DNA of 64,000 nucleotides from Spirochaetia bacterium. GTDB taxonomy: Bacteria > Spirochaetota > Spirochaetia > CADAEX01. Positions 1 through 9,749 of this stretch are shown here, piece by piece. How positions within the stretch are numbered: the stretch's first letter is position 1; every line of letters starts with the position of its first letter. The translations under genes were made by a program, and so were the position numbers. The stretch covers positions 128,001 through 192,000 of the forward strand of contig CAXXHA010000035.1 in NCBI GenBank assembly GCA_963662265.2. Reading direction: 5' to 3'. Below the pieces are notes generated by a model. That model was given only the letters and a program-made list of their open reading frames with translations. It did not search any database and was not told the origin of the DNA.

Positions 1-579
1 TTTTTCCGTACAGGAAGCTGGTTCTGTTACCAGCAGTTTAATATTGTCCCTGATATTGTTACCTTTGCCAAAGGGGTGACCTGCGGATACCTTCCCCTGG
101 GAGGTCTCATTGTTTCCGGGGAAATTGCAAAGTATTATGATAACCACCCGTTTCCATGCACACTCACCAACGGAGCCCATCCGACTTCATGTGCGGCAGG
201 CCTTGCCTCTGTAGATGAATATGTGAGGCTTGATATTGAAAAACAGGTTAAAGTGACAACTCCTATCATGGCTGAAAAGCTTAAGAATCTCAAAGAGAAG
301 TATATATCGGCAGGAGAGGTTAGAAGCATTGGTCTTCTGGGTATTCTTATTCTCTCCCGAGACAGTGATAATACAGCTCTGACAGAAGGAAGCACAGGCC
401 CCGGGAAAATCATGTCCGAGGTAATGGGGCTTTTTTATAAACACGGCCTTTCAACGTACCACACTCAGAACATGGTTTCTGTTTCTCCCCCTCTGACAAT
501 AACTCCGGATGAGCTTGATGAGACATTTGCAAGGCTTGAGAAGGTGCTTGAAGAGATAGATAAGAAGTACTGCGTGTAA
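1..579 (+). CDS. Class III PLP-dependent aminotransferase, C-terminal part (5' end outside window)
   Basis: The frame is open from base 1 and reads FFRTGSWF...PDIVTFAKGVTCGYLPLG, the class III PLP-lysine motif; C-terminal VSPPLTI is typical. Confidence 0.9.
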   Translation, partial: FFRTGSWFCYQQFNIVPDIVTFAKGVTCGYLPLGGLIVSGEIAKYYDNHPFPCTLTNGAHPTSCAAGLASVDEYVRLDIEKQVKVTTPIMAEKLKNLKEKYISAGEVRSIGLLGILILSRDSDNTALTEGSTGPGKIMSEVMGLFYKHGLSTYHTQNMVSVSPPLTITPDELDETFARLEKVLEEIDKKYCV

Positions 580-642
580 CCGCAGTTAAAGGCAACCTGG
601 AAAGCGTCTGATTGTAAGCAAATAGAAGAATCAAGAGACTGT

Positions 643-912
643 ATGAACATTGACAGGAATGAAATAATTAAAAATATTTGTTACACAGAACTCGTGTATG
701 GTAGAATAAACAGGAAGCTTGGAACCAGCTATTCCAGGAATGAAATTGAGAAGCTGATTCTTAATTTATTGAAAAATACTTCCTCAACTGGTTATTCGAG
801 AATCGGCAAGAATTATTATATAACAAATACTGATGAAAAAATCAGGGTAACAGTTAATTCAAATACTTACAGGGTAATAACTGCTGACCGGTTAAAGAAA
901 GAGTCTCTGTAA
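643..912 (+). CDS. Small conserved protein, DUF3781-like
   Basis: 89 aa with YTELVYGRINRKL...GKNYYI...RVTVNSNTYRVITA, resembling DUF3781 from memory. Confidence 0.65.
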   Translation: MNIDRNEIIKNICYTELVYGRINRKLGTSYSRNEIEKLILNLLKNTSSTGYSRIGKNYYITNTDEKIRVTVNSNTYRVITADRLKKESL

Positions 913-991
913 TTGAAAATCTCAATCTGAATCATTTTAATCAGGTCTGAGAATGAATCGTCCCGGTATCGGACAGCTGTAAGGAGAAATA

Positions 992-1630
992 ATGGTTGAT
1001 ACTACAAATCAGAGAAAATACTATCTGTATGTTCTTGATACACTGGCTGACTGGGAAATCGGGTTCATTACTGCAGAGTTAAGCAGCGGAAGATTTCTTC
1101 CTGGAAACACAGGAGTTGATCTTGTAAGGATCGGATATACTCCGGACCCTGTTACAACAATGGGAGGAATGGTTATTACACCGGATAAGGCAATAGAAGA
1201 TATTGAATTCAGTGAAGATGATCTGCTTATCCTTCCCGGAGCTGCTAATTGGGCTGATAAGAAGAATAACAGAATAATAGATATTGTATCAGATGTGATT
1301 GATAAAGAGGTGATAATTGCCGCAATATGCGATGCTACAGTAGCACTCGCCAGGAAGGGGCTGTTGAATAACCGTAAGCATACCAGTCATGATAAGGAAT
1401 ACCTTAAAATGATCTGTCCTGAATATAAGGGTGATCAGTATTTTATAAACAGTCCAGCTGTAGCTGATGGTAATTTAATAACAGCAACAGGTATTGCGCC
1501 GCTGGAATTTTCATACGAGGTTTTTAAAAAGATCAATGTAATGAAAGAGGAAACACTTGAGGCGTGGTATAAGTTATATAAGACTCAGGAATCAAAATAT
1601 TTTTTCAGCCTGATGGAATCGCTTAAGTAA
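992..1630 (+). CDS. DJ-1/PfpI family protein (YdeA-like)
   Basis: LADWE N-terminal motif, LILPG and AAICDA nucleophile elbow; RBS AAGGAG upstream. Confidence 0.88.
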   Translation: MVDTTNQRKYYLYVLDTLADWEIGFITAELSSGRFLPGNTGVDLVRIGYTPDPVTTMGGMVITPDKAIEDIEFSEDDLLILPGAANWADKKNNRIIDIVSDVIDKEVIIAAICDATVALARKGLLNNRKHTSHDKEYLKMICPEYKGDQYFINSPAVADGNLITATGIAPLEFSYEVFKKINVMKEETLEAWYKLYKTQESKYFFSLMESLK

Positions 1631-1812
1631 AATATCTGAAGATAATATAAGCGGCAGCTTATGCCTCTGTAAAAAATCCGGCTATATGAAAATACTGATA
1701 TAGGTATTATTCAATAATTGTTTGCCGGGTAATCTGGTCTATTCCTTTGAAAGATGACTTAAATTCAGCAGAGCGGGATCCTGTCAGGTCTGCTTATATA
1801 ATAATTATCACT

Positions 1813-2379
1813 TCAGCAGCATCTCCACTTGTTGAAACTTGAAATCTCATCAATCGGTTTTCTGATCCGATCCGAGGTTTCCATTTCCTTCTGTTTTTCT
1901 GTAAGGTCTGAAGTATCTCCCGGATATCCAAGTGCGATAACAGTAATAATAATATAATTTTCAGGGACATGAAAAATTCCTCTCAGCATTTCAGAATCAA
2001 ATCCTGCCATAGGGTGCGCGAGAATGCCCTCTTTCTGTGCCTGAAGCATCAGGTTCATTACTGAAAGTCCTGTATCGAAAAGCGCATAGTTCCTGTTGTC
2101 GGGAAGGGAGCAGTCAAGATCAATTCCTGCAAGAGCTATAATTATGGCTGGCGCTTTTTTTGCCCAGCTGTTTGCCCCTGACAGGGCTTTGTGAATTTCA
2201 CCAAGAATATCTGATTGATCTGCGATTATATATTTCCACGGCTGTTTATTGAAGCAGGAGGGGGCAAGGCTTGCTGCTTTTAGTATGTTGTTGAGTTTTT
2301 CTCTCGGTATTTCTTCTGAGCGTAATCCTCTGTATGCTCTTCTTTCCCTTATCTCTCTCAGTATTTCTGCTTCATGCAT
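1813..2379 (-). CDS. Nitroreductase family protein
   Basis: RRAYR, APSCFNKQPW, DTG...LQA and ALGYP motifs; RBS AGGAGG. Confidence 0.92.
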   Translation of the reverse strand: MHEAEILREIRERRAYRGLRSEEIPREKLNNILKAASLAPSCFNKQPWKYIIADQSDILGEIHKALSGANSWAKKAPAIIIALAGIDLDCSLPDNRNYALFDTGLSVMNLMLQAQKEGILAHPMAGFDSEMLRGIFHVPENYIIITVIALGYPGDTSDLTEKQKEMETSDRIRKPIDEISSFNKWRCC

Positions 2380-2547
2380 TGTATGCCTCCTGAAAATCTG
2401 CCAGGGTTATTTTAAATAATAACTGTGCATATATTAATAATAAATGTTAATTGCGTAATGCGCAAATATAATCGGCAAGAACATGTTATGTGTGTGAATT
2501 AAGTTATTTTTAATAAGCTGTTGATTTATTACTGATAGACCTTAAAT

Positions 2548-2579
2548 AAAAAAACCTCTGTTCATTCAAGAACAGAGGT
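2548..2579 (-). terminator. Intrinsic terminator after fabF
   Basis: 10-bp stem ACCTCTGTTC/GAACAGAGGT followed by a T7 tract on the minus strand. Confidence 0.8.
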
Positions 2580-2605
2580 ATGACTTTTTCAAATCAGGGG
2601 GAATC

Positions 2606-3847
2606 TTATATTTTTGAAAGAATAATTGTTGAGTTATGTCCTCCGAATCCGAATGAATTGGAGATAACTGTTTTTACATCTTTCTCAACAATCTCTGTAT
2701 TCAGTGATTTAAGCGGTATTTCCGGGTCCTGATTAAAAATATTTATATTTGCTGGAATTACTCCCTTAACAATTGTCATTGCGCTTATAATTCCTTCCAG
2801 TGCTGCTGCAGCGCCAAGGAGGTGCCCGTGTATTGACTTTGTGCTTCCTACGCAGATGTTGTCATCTTTTCCATTGAGAAGTTTGTATATTGCCTTTGTT
2901 TCTGCCAAATCTCCAACAGGGGTTGAAGTTCCGTGTGTGTTTATGTAATCAATATCTTCAACATTGATTCCGCCCATTTCGACTGCCATTTTCATGGATG
3001 CATGAGCACCCTGTCCTGATGGATCCGGGGCAACAAAGTCATATGCATCTCCTGACATGCCTACAGATATGAGTTCGCAGATTATGTTTGCTCCCCGTTT
3101 CACTGCATGTTCATAATCTTCAAGGATAAATACACCTGCACCTTCACCCATTACAAAACCGTTTCTGTCTGCATCGAAAGGACGTGATGCTGTTTTGGGG
3201 TCATCATTTCGTGTTGAAACTGCTCTCATGTTAGAAAAACCGCCAACAGCAAGGGGATGTATTGTACTTTCAGTGCCTCCCACAACCATTGCATCTGCCA
3301 TTCCTGCCTTGATTGCAAGGGCAGACAGTGCAAAAGCATGGTTTGCTGTAGCGCATGCTGTCTGTGTACTGAAGTTTGGACCCTTGAATCCGTGAAGCAT
3401 ACTTACAAAACCTGCTGCCATGTTGCCGATTGAGAGGGGAATATAGAAAGGACTTATTCTTCTCGGTCCTTTGGTTTCAAGCGCTACTGAGTTGTCGTGC
3501 TGAACCTTGAGTCCCCCGATACCGCTTCCTATACTCACCCCCACTCTGAAGGGGTCATCTGTTTTCAAACCTGAAGATTCAATTGCCTCTTTTGCAGCAA
3601 CTGCAGCATAGTGGCAGTAAAGATCCATTCTTTTGGCTGTTTTAAGCTGTTCATCTGTATAATAAAGTTTATGGTCAAAATCTCTGATTTCCGCTGCTAT
3701 CTGGCAGGGGATATCGGACGGATCATATTTTGTTATTCTGTCTACTGCAGATTTTCCTGAAAGTACCCCTTTCCAAGTCTCTTCCACATTCTTGCCGAGA
3801 GGATTTATAGTTCCCATCCCGGTTATTACTACTCTTTTATTATTCAT
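2606..3847 (-). CDS. fabF: 3-oxoacyl-ACP synthase II
   Basis: RVVITGMG, TACAT (catalytic Cys), HGTST, GHLLGAA and SNSFGFGGHN motifs. Confidence 0.96.
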   Translation of the reverse strand: MNNKRVVITGMGTINPLGKNVEETWKGVLSGKSAVDRITKYDPSDIPCQIAAEIRDFDHKLYYTDEQLKTAKRMDLYCHYAAVAAKEAIESSGLKTDDPFRVGVSIGSGIGGLKVQHDNSVALETKGPRRISPFYIPLSIGNMAAGFVSMLHGFKGPNFSTQTACATANHAFALSALAIKAGMADAMVVGGTESTIHPLAVGGFSNMRAVSTRNDDPKTASRPFDADRNGFVMGEGAGVFILEDYEHAVKRGANIICELISVGMSGDAYDFVAPDPSGQGAHASMKMAVEMGGINVEDIDYINTHGTSTPVGDLAETKAIYKLLNGKDDNICVGSTKSIHGHLLGAAAALEGIISAMTIVKGVIPANINIFNQDPEIPLKSLNTEIVEKDVKTVISNSFGFGGHNSTIILSKI

Positions 3848-3969
3848 ATAATACCTTCCTGGATTAAATCTGCATAAAAGTTAACATAAGTTGTTGGCAA
3901 TATCTTATAATATTATCTTTACTTTTTGTGCTATTGTCTGATTTGTATAATTATGAGAAAGTAATATAT

Positions 3970-4797
3970 ATGAAACTGCTGTTTTTTATCAGGACAATAG
4001 AAGTAAATAGCCGGAGCCGGATAAATATTTCCAGGCATACTCATGATTTTCATGAGATTTTATACTGTTTTGAAAGTGATTCTGACAAAATAAAACCTGG
4101 TGACCTCTATTTTTATCCGGCCGGGCAGCCTCATAAAGATAATTTACCAGCCTCTTCATCGGTGAAACTATATCAGGTCTATTTTTCAGAGGAACTTTTT
4201 TCTGCCTCTGTTAATATTGAAAAGGAAGCCCTGTTTATTCTGGGACAGATTAAAATATATGTTAAGAAGCAGAATCTTGTGGGATTGTCCAGAATAGGGA
4301 CAGAAAGGCTTACAAAACTGTTTGAAAATATGTTATGGGAATTTAACAGCAGGTACAGGGGCTATTCCTGGACTATTAGGCTGAAGCTTATAGAACTGCT
4401 CATCACAGTAGTGCGGGACAAGAAATTTACTATACCTATCCGGAGTGAAATGGGGCAGCCTCTTTCAAACAGCCATATTCAGGATGTTCTTTTGTATCTT
4501 GAGGCTGACTATATGAACAGGATCACTATTGAAGATATTCTGAAGTTCTGCCCGTTGAGCAGAAGCCATTTCCATTCGCTGTTCAAGAAGGAAACAGGTA
4601 AGACTTTTATTCAGTATCTGAATGAACTGAGGTGTGACAAAGCAGGTAAGATGCTGATTTCAACTGATGATACAATTCTGGATATTTCTCTTGAAGCCGG
4701 GTTCAATAATCTGAGCCATTTCTGTCACACGTTCAAGGATGTGAAAGGTGTATCTCCAGCAAAATACCGGGAACAGTATGGAAAGATACTGGAATAA
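3970..4797 (+). CDS. AraC family transcriptional regulator
   Basis: N-terminal cupin-like HTHDFHE; C-terminal double HTH ending GFNNLSHFCHTFK...GVSP. Start placed at ATG 3970, downstream of TATAAT 3946-3951. Confidence 0.92.
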   Translation: MKLLFFIRTIEVNSRSRINISRHTHDFHEILYCFESDSDKIKPGDLYFYPAGQPHKDNLPASSSVKLYQVYFSEELFSASVNIEKEALFILGQIKIYVKKQNLVGLSRIGTERLTKLFENMLWEFNSRYRGYSWTIRLKLIELLITVVRDKKFTIPIRSEMGQPLSNSHIQDVLLYLEADYMNRITIEDILKFCPLSRSHFHSLFKKETGKTFIQYLNELRCDKAGKMLISTDDTILDISLEAGFNNLSHFCHTFKDVKGVSPAKYREQYGKILE

Positions 4798-4846
4798 TAT
4801 TTCCCGGTTCAGGATATTCTCTTTGCATAAATAAAAATATTTTTAT

Positions 4847-5746
4847 CTATATTTCTTTGTCAGATTTATTGTCTCTGTTTTGATTACTATCAGTATCAGA
4901 AAATTCAGAATTATATTTTGCAGTACATTCAGGACACAGTCCGTGTGTGAATTTTATATCGGAATTTTTCTGCATATAATGATCAATCTTTTCCCAGTAT
5001 CCTTTGTCATCCCTGATTTTATGGCAGTGAGAACATATTGGAAGAAGTCCTTGGAGAACTTTGACATCATTCTGGGATTTTCTGAGTTCTGTTTCTGCTC
5101 TGTAGCTGTTAAGTACTATAAACGATATATATAGAAGGAATACCATACCAAAGTTGAGAATTACAGATATGCTGTTTATAATTTGTGCATTCATGAAATC
5201 AGATTCATAAATATTGCCGAAAAGATAATAGCCCATTCTGAACAAATGTGCTGTCATTAAAATAAAAGTAGATGTTGGAAGCGGCAGATAAACAGTGTTG
5301 AATGTTGTTTTCAGTTCTTTTACTGAAAAAAAAGTGATTTGCAGGTTTATATAGGCCGTAAGCAGTGAAAAAAGAATAATTCTGAGACTTACATCATTTT
5401 TGTAATAAGTAAAATAAATAAAAAATATGATAAACAGTATCAGCAGGGAAATATCTGTTTTTTTTGAATGTTTCTTTTCGCAGAAATGAAAAACAGACCA
5501 GAGTATCATATATTTACTGAGAACAATAAAAGTATTGGCTGTTACAACAGAAGGAAAGACAGGTATATAATGTCTGAGTCCCAATAAAATCAACCCTAAG
5601 CTGTTGACGACTGCGCCTGCTGTAAATGTGCCGAATCCCGGGTATGTTTTGTGTATTTTTAGTACATAAATCAGCAGTGCTGCTAAAATGATTCTGGAAA
5701 AAGAATTCATGACTATGATTGTTCTCAGGTCAAAAAAAGTTTCCAT
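4847..5746 (-). CDS. Multi-pass membrane sensor-like protein with Cys-rich C-terminal tail
   Basis: About 7 hydrophobic segments, then LLPICSHCHKIRDDKGYW...THGLCPEC. Confidence 0.75.
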   Translation of the reverse strand: METFFDLRTIIVMNSFSRIILAALLIYVLKIHKTYPGFGTFTAGAVVNSLGLILLGLRHYIPVFPSVVTANTFIVLSKYMILWSVFHFCEKKHSKKTDISLLILFIIFFIYFTYYKNDVSLRIILFSLLTAYINLQITFFSVKELKTTFNTVYLPLPTSTFILMTAHLFRMGYYLFGNIYESDFMNAQIINSISVILNFGMVFLLYISFIVLNSYRAETELRKSQNDVKVLQGLLPICSHCHKIRDDKGYWEKIDHYMQKNSDIKFTHGLCPECTAKYNSEFSDTDSNQNRDNKSDKEI

Positions 5747-5983
5747 AAATTGTCCTTAAATAAAGGATATGACTTAAAGTGTTAATTTTCCAGAAAACAG
5801 ATATACAATGTTGAAAGAATATAATTTCAACTTTGTTTATACTTTCAGTTTTAAATACTGTTTTTATATAATATTATTATTTATAAAAACTACTGTTTAC
5901 AGTTTCGGAGAACTTGAAAAGATAAGCTGTTAGTTTATTTCTGTTTATTCAGAATATTATATTTCCCGGAGGCATTTGAAATC

Positions 5984-7282
5984 ATGAAATATACAAAGGA
6001 TTTTGCGCTTGTTTTATCCGGAGGTGGTGCAAAAGGGGCATACCAGATTGGGGCCTGGAAAGCTCTCAATAATGAAGGATTCAGTTTTAATGCTGTTTCA
6101 GGAGCTTCTGTCGGATCTCTTAATGCTGCCCTTGTTGCCCAGGGCGATTTTGAGAAAGCTGACCGTTTATGGGAAAAGATCGAGATAAAAAATGTTGTAG
6201 ATGTCCCTTCTGATCTTGTTAAGGACGGAAAGATAAATCTTACAGCAAAATCATTAAAATCTCTTACTCATAACTGGCAGAAGGGGCTGCTTATTGACTC
6301 AACTCCTTTAAAGAAGCTTCTTGACAAGGAACTTGATGAGGAGCTGATAAGGAAGAGAAAGGTTGATCTTGGAATTGTTACTATTAACAGGTCTACATTC
6401 AAGACAGTGGAAATATTTCTTGACCAGGTGGAAAAAGGCTTTCTTGCAGATTACCTGTATGCAAGTGCATCTTTTCCTGCATTTAAGAATGCGGAAATCA
6501 GGGGGGATAAATATATTGACGGCGGTATTTATGACAACATACCGTTCGGAATGATAAAGCGTAGAGGCTACAGGAAAATAATCATTATTGATATATCCGG
6601 TCCGGGACATAACAGGAAACCTGATATCATAAATACAGATACTATCTATATAAAGAATTCGATAGAACTTGGCGGTGTACTTGATTTCAACAGGGATACT
6701 TTGAAAAAATCTTCACTTCTGGGATACCTTGATACAGCTAAGGTTTTCGGCAGCAACGAAGGTATCAGGTATTTCTTCAAGCCGGATTTCCATATAGTGA
6801 AAAAGCTTGAATATATTCTGCAGAAACCGGCGCTCCAGGAATTTATAAGTATTATGTCGGACAGGAAAATAAATCCGCTTTCCCGTATTCTGCCTGAAGA
6901 GTACAGGGAATGGAGATTTCCTGTTTTTTCACTCCTGGAGTGTGCTGCTCAGGCAGTCGGAATTGAAAGAGTTGTTTTATATGAATTTAATGATCTGATT
7001 GAACTTATCTGGAAAAAATTCATGGAAATAGATCATAACCTTTTTATAAATGATATAAGTATGCCCTATTTTGATGAAATGGGCAGGGTAATCAAGGAAA
7101 TAACATCTGGTAAGTCTATTACTGATTATCCCCCATATGCCTACTATAAAGGGGCCGCTGTTATTACCGGAACGGAAAAACTGACAATAGAAAAAAATGC
7201 ATTGTTTGTTTTCTTTCCCTATCTGAAAGGTGCTGTTGTTTTCAGGAAAATTCTTGCTGAATATTTTAATGCTGAGGAGTAG
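5984..7282 (+). CDS. Patatin-like phospholipase
   Basis: GGGAKG, GASVG (GxSxG) and DGG motifs. Confidence 0.93.
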   Translation: MKYTKDFALVLSGGGAKGAYQIGAWKALNNEGFSFNAVSGASVGSLNAALVAQGDFEKADRLWEKIEIKNVVDVPSDLVKDGKINLTAKSLKSLTHNWQKGLLIDSTPLKKLLDKELDEELIRKRKVDLGIVTINRSTFKTVEIFLDQVEKGFLADYLYASASFPAFKNAEIRGDKYIDGGIYDNIPFGMIKRRGYRKIIIIDISGPGHNRKPDIINTDTIYIKNSIELGGVLDFNRDTLKKSSLLGYLDTAKVFGSNEGIRYFFKPDFHIVKKLEYILQKPALQEFISIMSDRKINPLSRILPEEYREWRFPVFSLLECAAQAVGIERVVLYEFNDLIELIWKKFMEIDHNLFINDISMPYFDEMGRVIKEITSGKSITDYPPYAYYKGAAVITGTEKLTIEKNALFVFFPYLKGAVVFRKILAEYFNAEE

Positions 7283-7287
7283 AAATA

Positions 7288-7773
7288 ATGGAGAAAGTTT
7301 TTATCACTTTAATTACAGCCGGAGCTGGAGGCCTTATTGGTCTCAAGCTGAAAATCCCTGCAGGCGCGCTTATCGGTGCCATGGTTGCAGTCTCTGTATT
7401 TAATATCTTTTCCGGTAATGCCCGGATTCCCTCAGAGCTTAAATTTATTGCCCAGGTAATTCTCGGGGGAATTATCGGGATGAGCATAAACATGGAAGCT
7501 GTAAAGGGGCTTAAGACTGTTATTGTTCCTGGACTTATTCTTGTTGCAGTTCTTTTTGTTTTTTCTGTAATAGCAGGCCTGATTATTGCAAAAACGACAG
7601 GAATTGACCTTTATACAGCCCTGTTCAGCTGCAGCCCGGGAGGGTTGTCTGAAATGACAATTATTGCCGACTCATACGGGGCTGACCTTTCAAAGGTGGT
7701 GCTTATTCATATAATCAGAATAATGAGCGTTATACTGTTCTTTCCTGTTATCACAGCCTTTCTGGCCAAGTGA
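7288..7773 (+). CDS. AbrB-family membrane protein (single repeat)
   Basis: IPAGALIG and PGGLSEM motifs in a hydrophobic protein. Confidence 0.8.
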   Translation: MEKVFITLITAGAGGLIGLKLKIPAGALIGAMVAVSVFNIFSGNARIPSELKFIAQVILGGIIGMSINMEAVKGLKTVIVPGLILVAVLFVFSVIAGLIIAKTTGIDLYTALFSCSPGGLSEMTIIADSYGADLSKVVLIHIIRIMSVILFFPVITAFLAK

Positions 7774-7948
7774 CAGGGAAATTATTTAATGTATTTTTCT
7801 GAATAAAAAGATTTAAAGTTTAATTTGCAGACCGCCATACACATCAGCCTGCGGCGGAATTGTTGATTATATGGTTTTGCTGATTTCTGCAGGAAGTTTA
7901 AAAAGCTCAGGAGCAGATTCCGTGAATTGCGGAATCTGCTTTTTTAAG

Positions 7949-8833
7949 TTAACTTTCAGACTCTGTAAGTCTTATTCCATCTTCCTCAATACTTATTTTT
8001 TTCTTTTTGTAGAGTGTTCCTGTTACCCTTTTAAAGCTTTTCTTACTCATGTGAAGTGTTTCCCTTATTTCATCTGGAGAGCTTTTATCATGAAGAGGGA
8101 GAAATCCGTTGTTGAGTTCAAGCGTCCTTATTAGTTTCTGCTCAGCTTCGGCGTTTGCTTCTGTAAAGCCCTGTTTGACAAGCGATGCGTCAATCCTTCC
8201 GTCATCTCTCAGCTTCTTTATATATCCTGTAAATCTGTCCCCTTTTTTAAGGGGTGAATAGATTTCATTCTGATATATTATCCCCCTGTATCTGTTGTTG
8301 ATGATTACATTGGCGCCCAGGTTTGTAAATTTATAAACAAGCATGTCTGCTTCATTGTTAGGTTCAAGCCCTTCAGCTTCTTCCTGTATATATTTTCCTA
8401 TTTCTGTTGTTGCGATAACGCTGTCTGATGATGGATCCTCTATTACATAGACAAGAAGCCTGTCCCCTTTTTTCGGAAGGTTTTCCGATTTTCCTTTTCC
8501 TCTCCATGTTGACGGGGAGGCGCTCTGAAAATACCTTTTTGGAAGAAAAAGGTCCTTGTCTATTCCCCAGTCGAGAAAAGCTCCGAATTCCGATACAGAG
8601 ACTACTTCCAGGTATCCGAATTCATTGATCTGTGCAAAAGGCTTTTTTGTTGTTGCGCATAATCCGTCATTGTTTTTATAGACAAATGCTTCGACAGTAC
8701 TTCCCGCAAGACTTCCTTCCGGAAGCTCTTTTGACCGTATAAAGATATTTCCGTATTTTTCCCCGTCGAGAAAACATTTTTTCCCTTTTATCTGCACAAT
8801 TTTTAATTCATTTATTTTTCCGATTTGTATCAT
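7949..8833 (-). CDS. CvfB-like S1-domain RNA-binding protein
   Basis: GAFLDWGIDKDL motif and C-terminal winged helix DKSSPDEI...SKKSFKRVTGTLYK. Confidence 0.9.
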   Translation of the reverse strand: MIQIGKINELKIVQIKGKKCFLDGEKYGNIFIRSKELPEGSLAGSTVEAFVYKNNDGLCATTKKPFAQINEFGYLEVVSVSEFGAFLDWGIDKDLFLPKRYFQSASPSTWRGKGKSENLPKKGDRLLVYVIEDPSSDSVIATTEIGKYIQEEAEGLEPNNEADMLVYKFTNLGANVIINNRYRGIIYQNEIYSPLKKGDRFTGYIKKLRDDGRIDASLVKQGFTEANAEAEQKLIRTLELNNGFLPLHDKSSPDEIRETLHMSKKSFKRVTGTLYKKKKISIEEDGIRLTESES

Positions 8834-9025
8834 ATTTCCTGCCTGCGGATATTATTATCTGCTGTTATTTTTAAAATTGTTTATAAATATTATCTGCCAT
8901 TAAAATTATCAAGGTCAAGTGTTACTTGTCATGTTTAACGTTTATGACTGGTTTAAATCAATTTATATTTCATTGTTTTGCTGAATACTGCTGACTGAGT
9001 TGTCAGTGAAGCTGTTTTTCTGAAA

Positions 9026-9634
9026 TCAGATAATCCCCTTGATAAATGACAGAAGAACATCAAGAGCCCTTTCGTTGTTTCCCCCTTCCGGGATAATAAT
9101 ATCTGCCTTTGTTTTAAGAGGCTCAATAAACTCCTGATGCCCCGGCCTGACATATTCCATATACTGTTCAATGACAGAATCGAGAGTTCTTCCCCTTTCC
9201 TCAATATCTCTTTTAAGTCTTCTTATGAAGCGTATATCATCGGGAGTGTCTATAAATATTTTGAGGTCTATGAGATCAAGTATTTTCTTTTCGGAAAATA
9301 TCATTATTCCTTCAAATATTACCAGTTTTCTCGGTTCTATCCTCACTGTTTCCTCTGTTCTTCTGTGGTGGACAAAATCATACTGCGGCATATCAATGCC
9401 TTTGAAATTTTTTAATGCTTTTAAATGCTTTCTTATGAGATCAGAATCAAACGCATCCGGATGGTCGAAGTTGAAAGCTGTAATATTGCTGTTATTCATA
9501 TATTCTGCCGACTTGTAGTAATTATCCTGGGGGATGAATACAAAGTCTTCAACTATTTCTCTGATTTTATTTACTATTGTTGTTTTTCCGGAACCTGAGC
9601 CTCCGGTTATTCCTATTACAAGTGCTTTATCCAT
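9026..9634 (-). CDS. udk: Uridine kinase
   Basis: [26 protein letters not shown] and [12 protein letters not shown] motifs. Confidence 0.96.
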   Translation of the reverse strand: MDKALVIGITGGSGSGKTTIVNKIREIVEDFVFIPQDNYYKSAEYMNNSNITAFNFDHPDAFDSDLIRKHLKALKNFKGIDMPQYDFVHHRRTEETVRIEPRKLVIFEGIMIFSEKKILDLIDLKIFIDTPDDIRFIRRLKRDIEERGRTLDSVIEQYMEYVRPGHQEFIEPLKTKADIIIPEGGNNERALDVLLSFIKGII

Positions 9635-9640
9635 AAAGTT

Positions 9641-9669
9641 ATATTATGACATGAGCAGGGCAGTGTAAA
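9641..9669 (-). promoter_or_regulatory. Putative sigma70 promoter of udk (leaderless)
   Basis: TTTACA-N17-TAATAT with 6 nt before the ATG; no Shine-Dalgarno. Confidence 0.55.
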
Positions 9670-9749
9670 GATTTTACAACCTGATCCATCAATAATATTG
9701 TTGCTGATGAACCAGGCCTGGTTTTGAATTGCGGGTCCTGTCAAAATGA

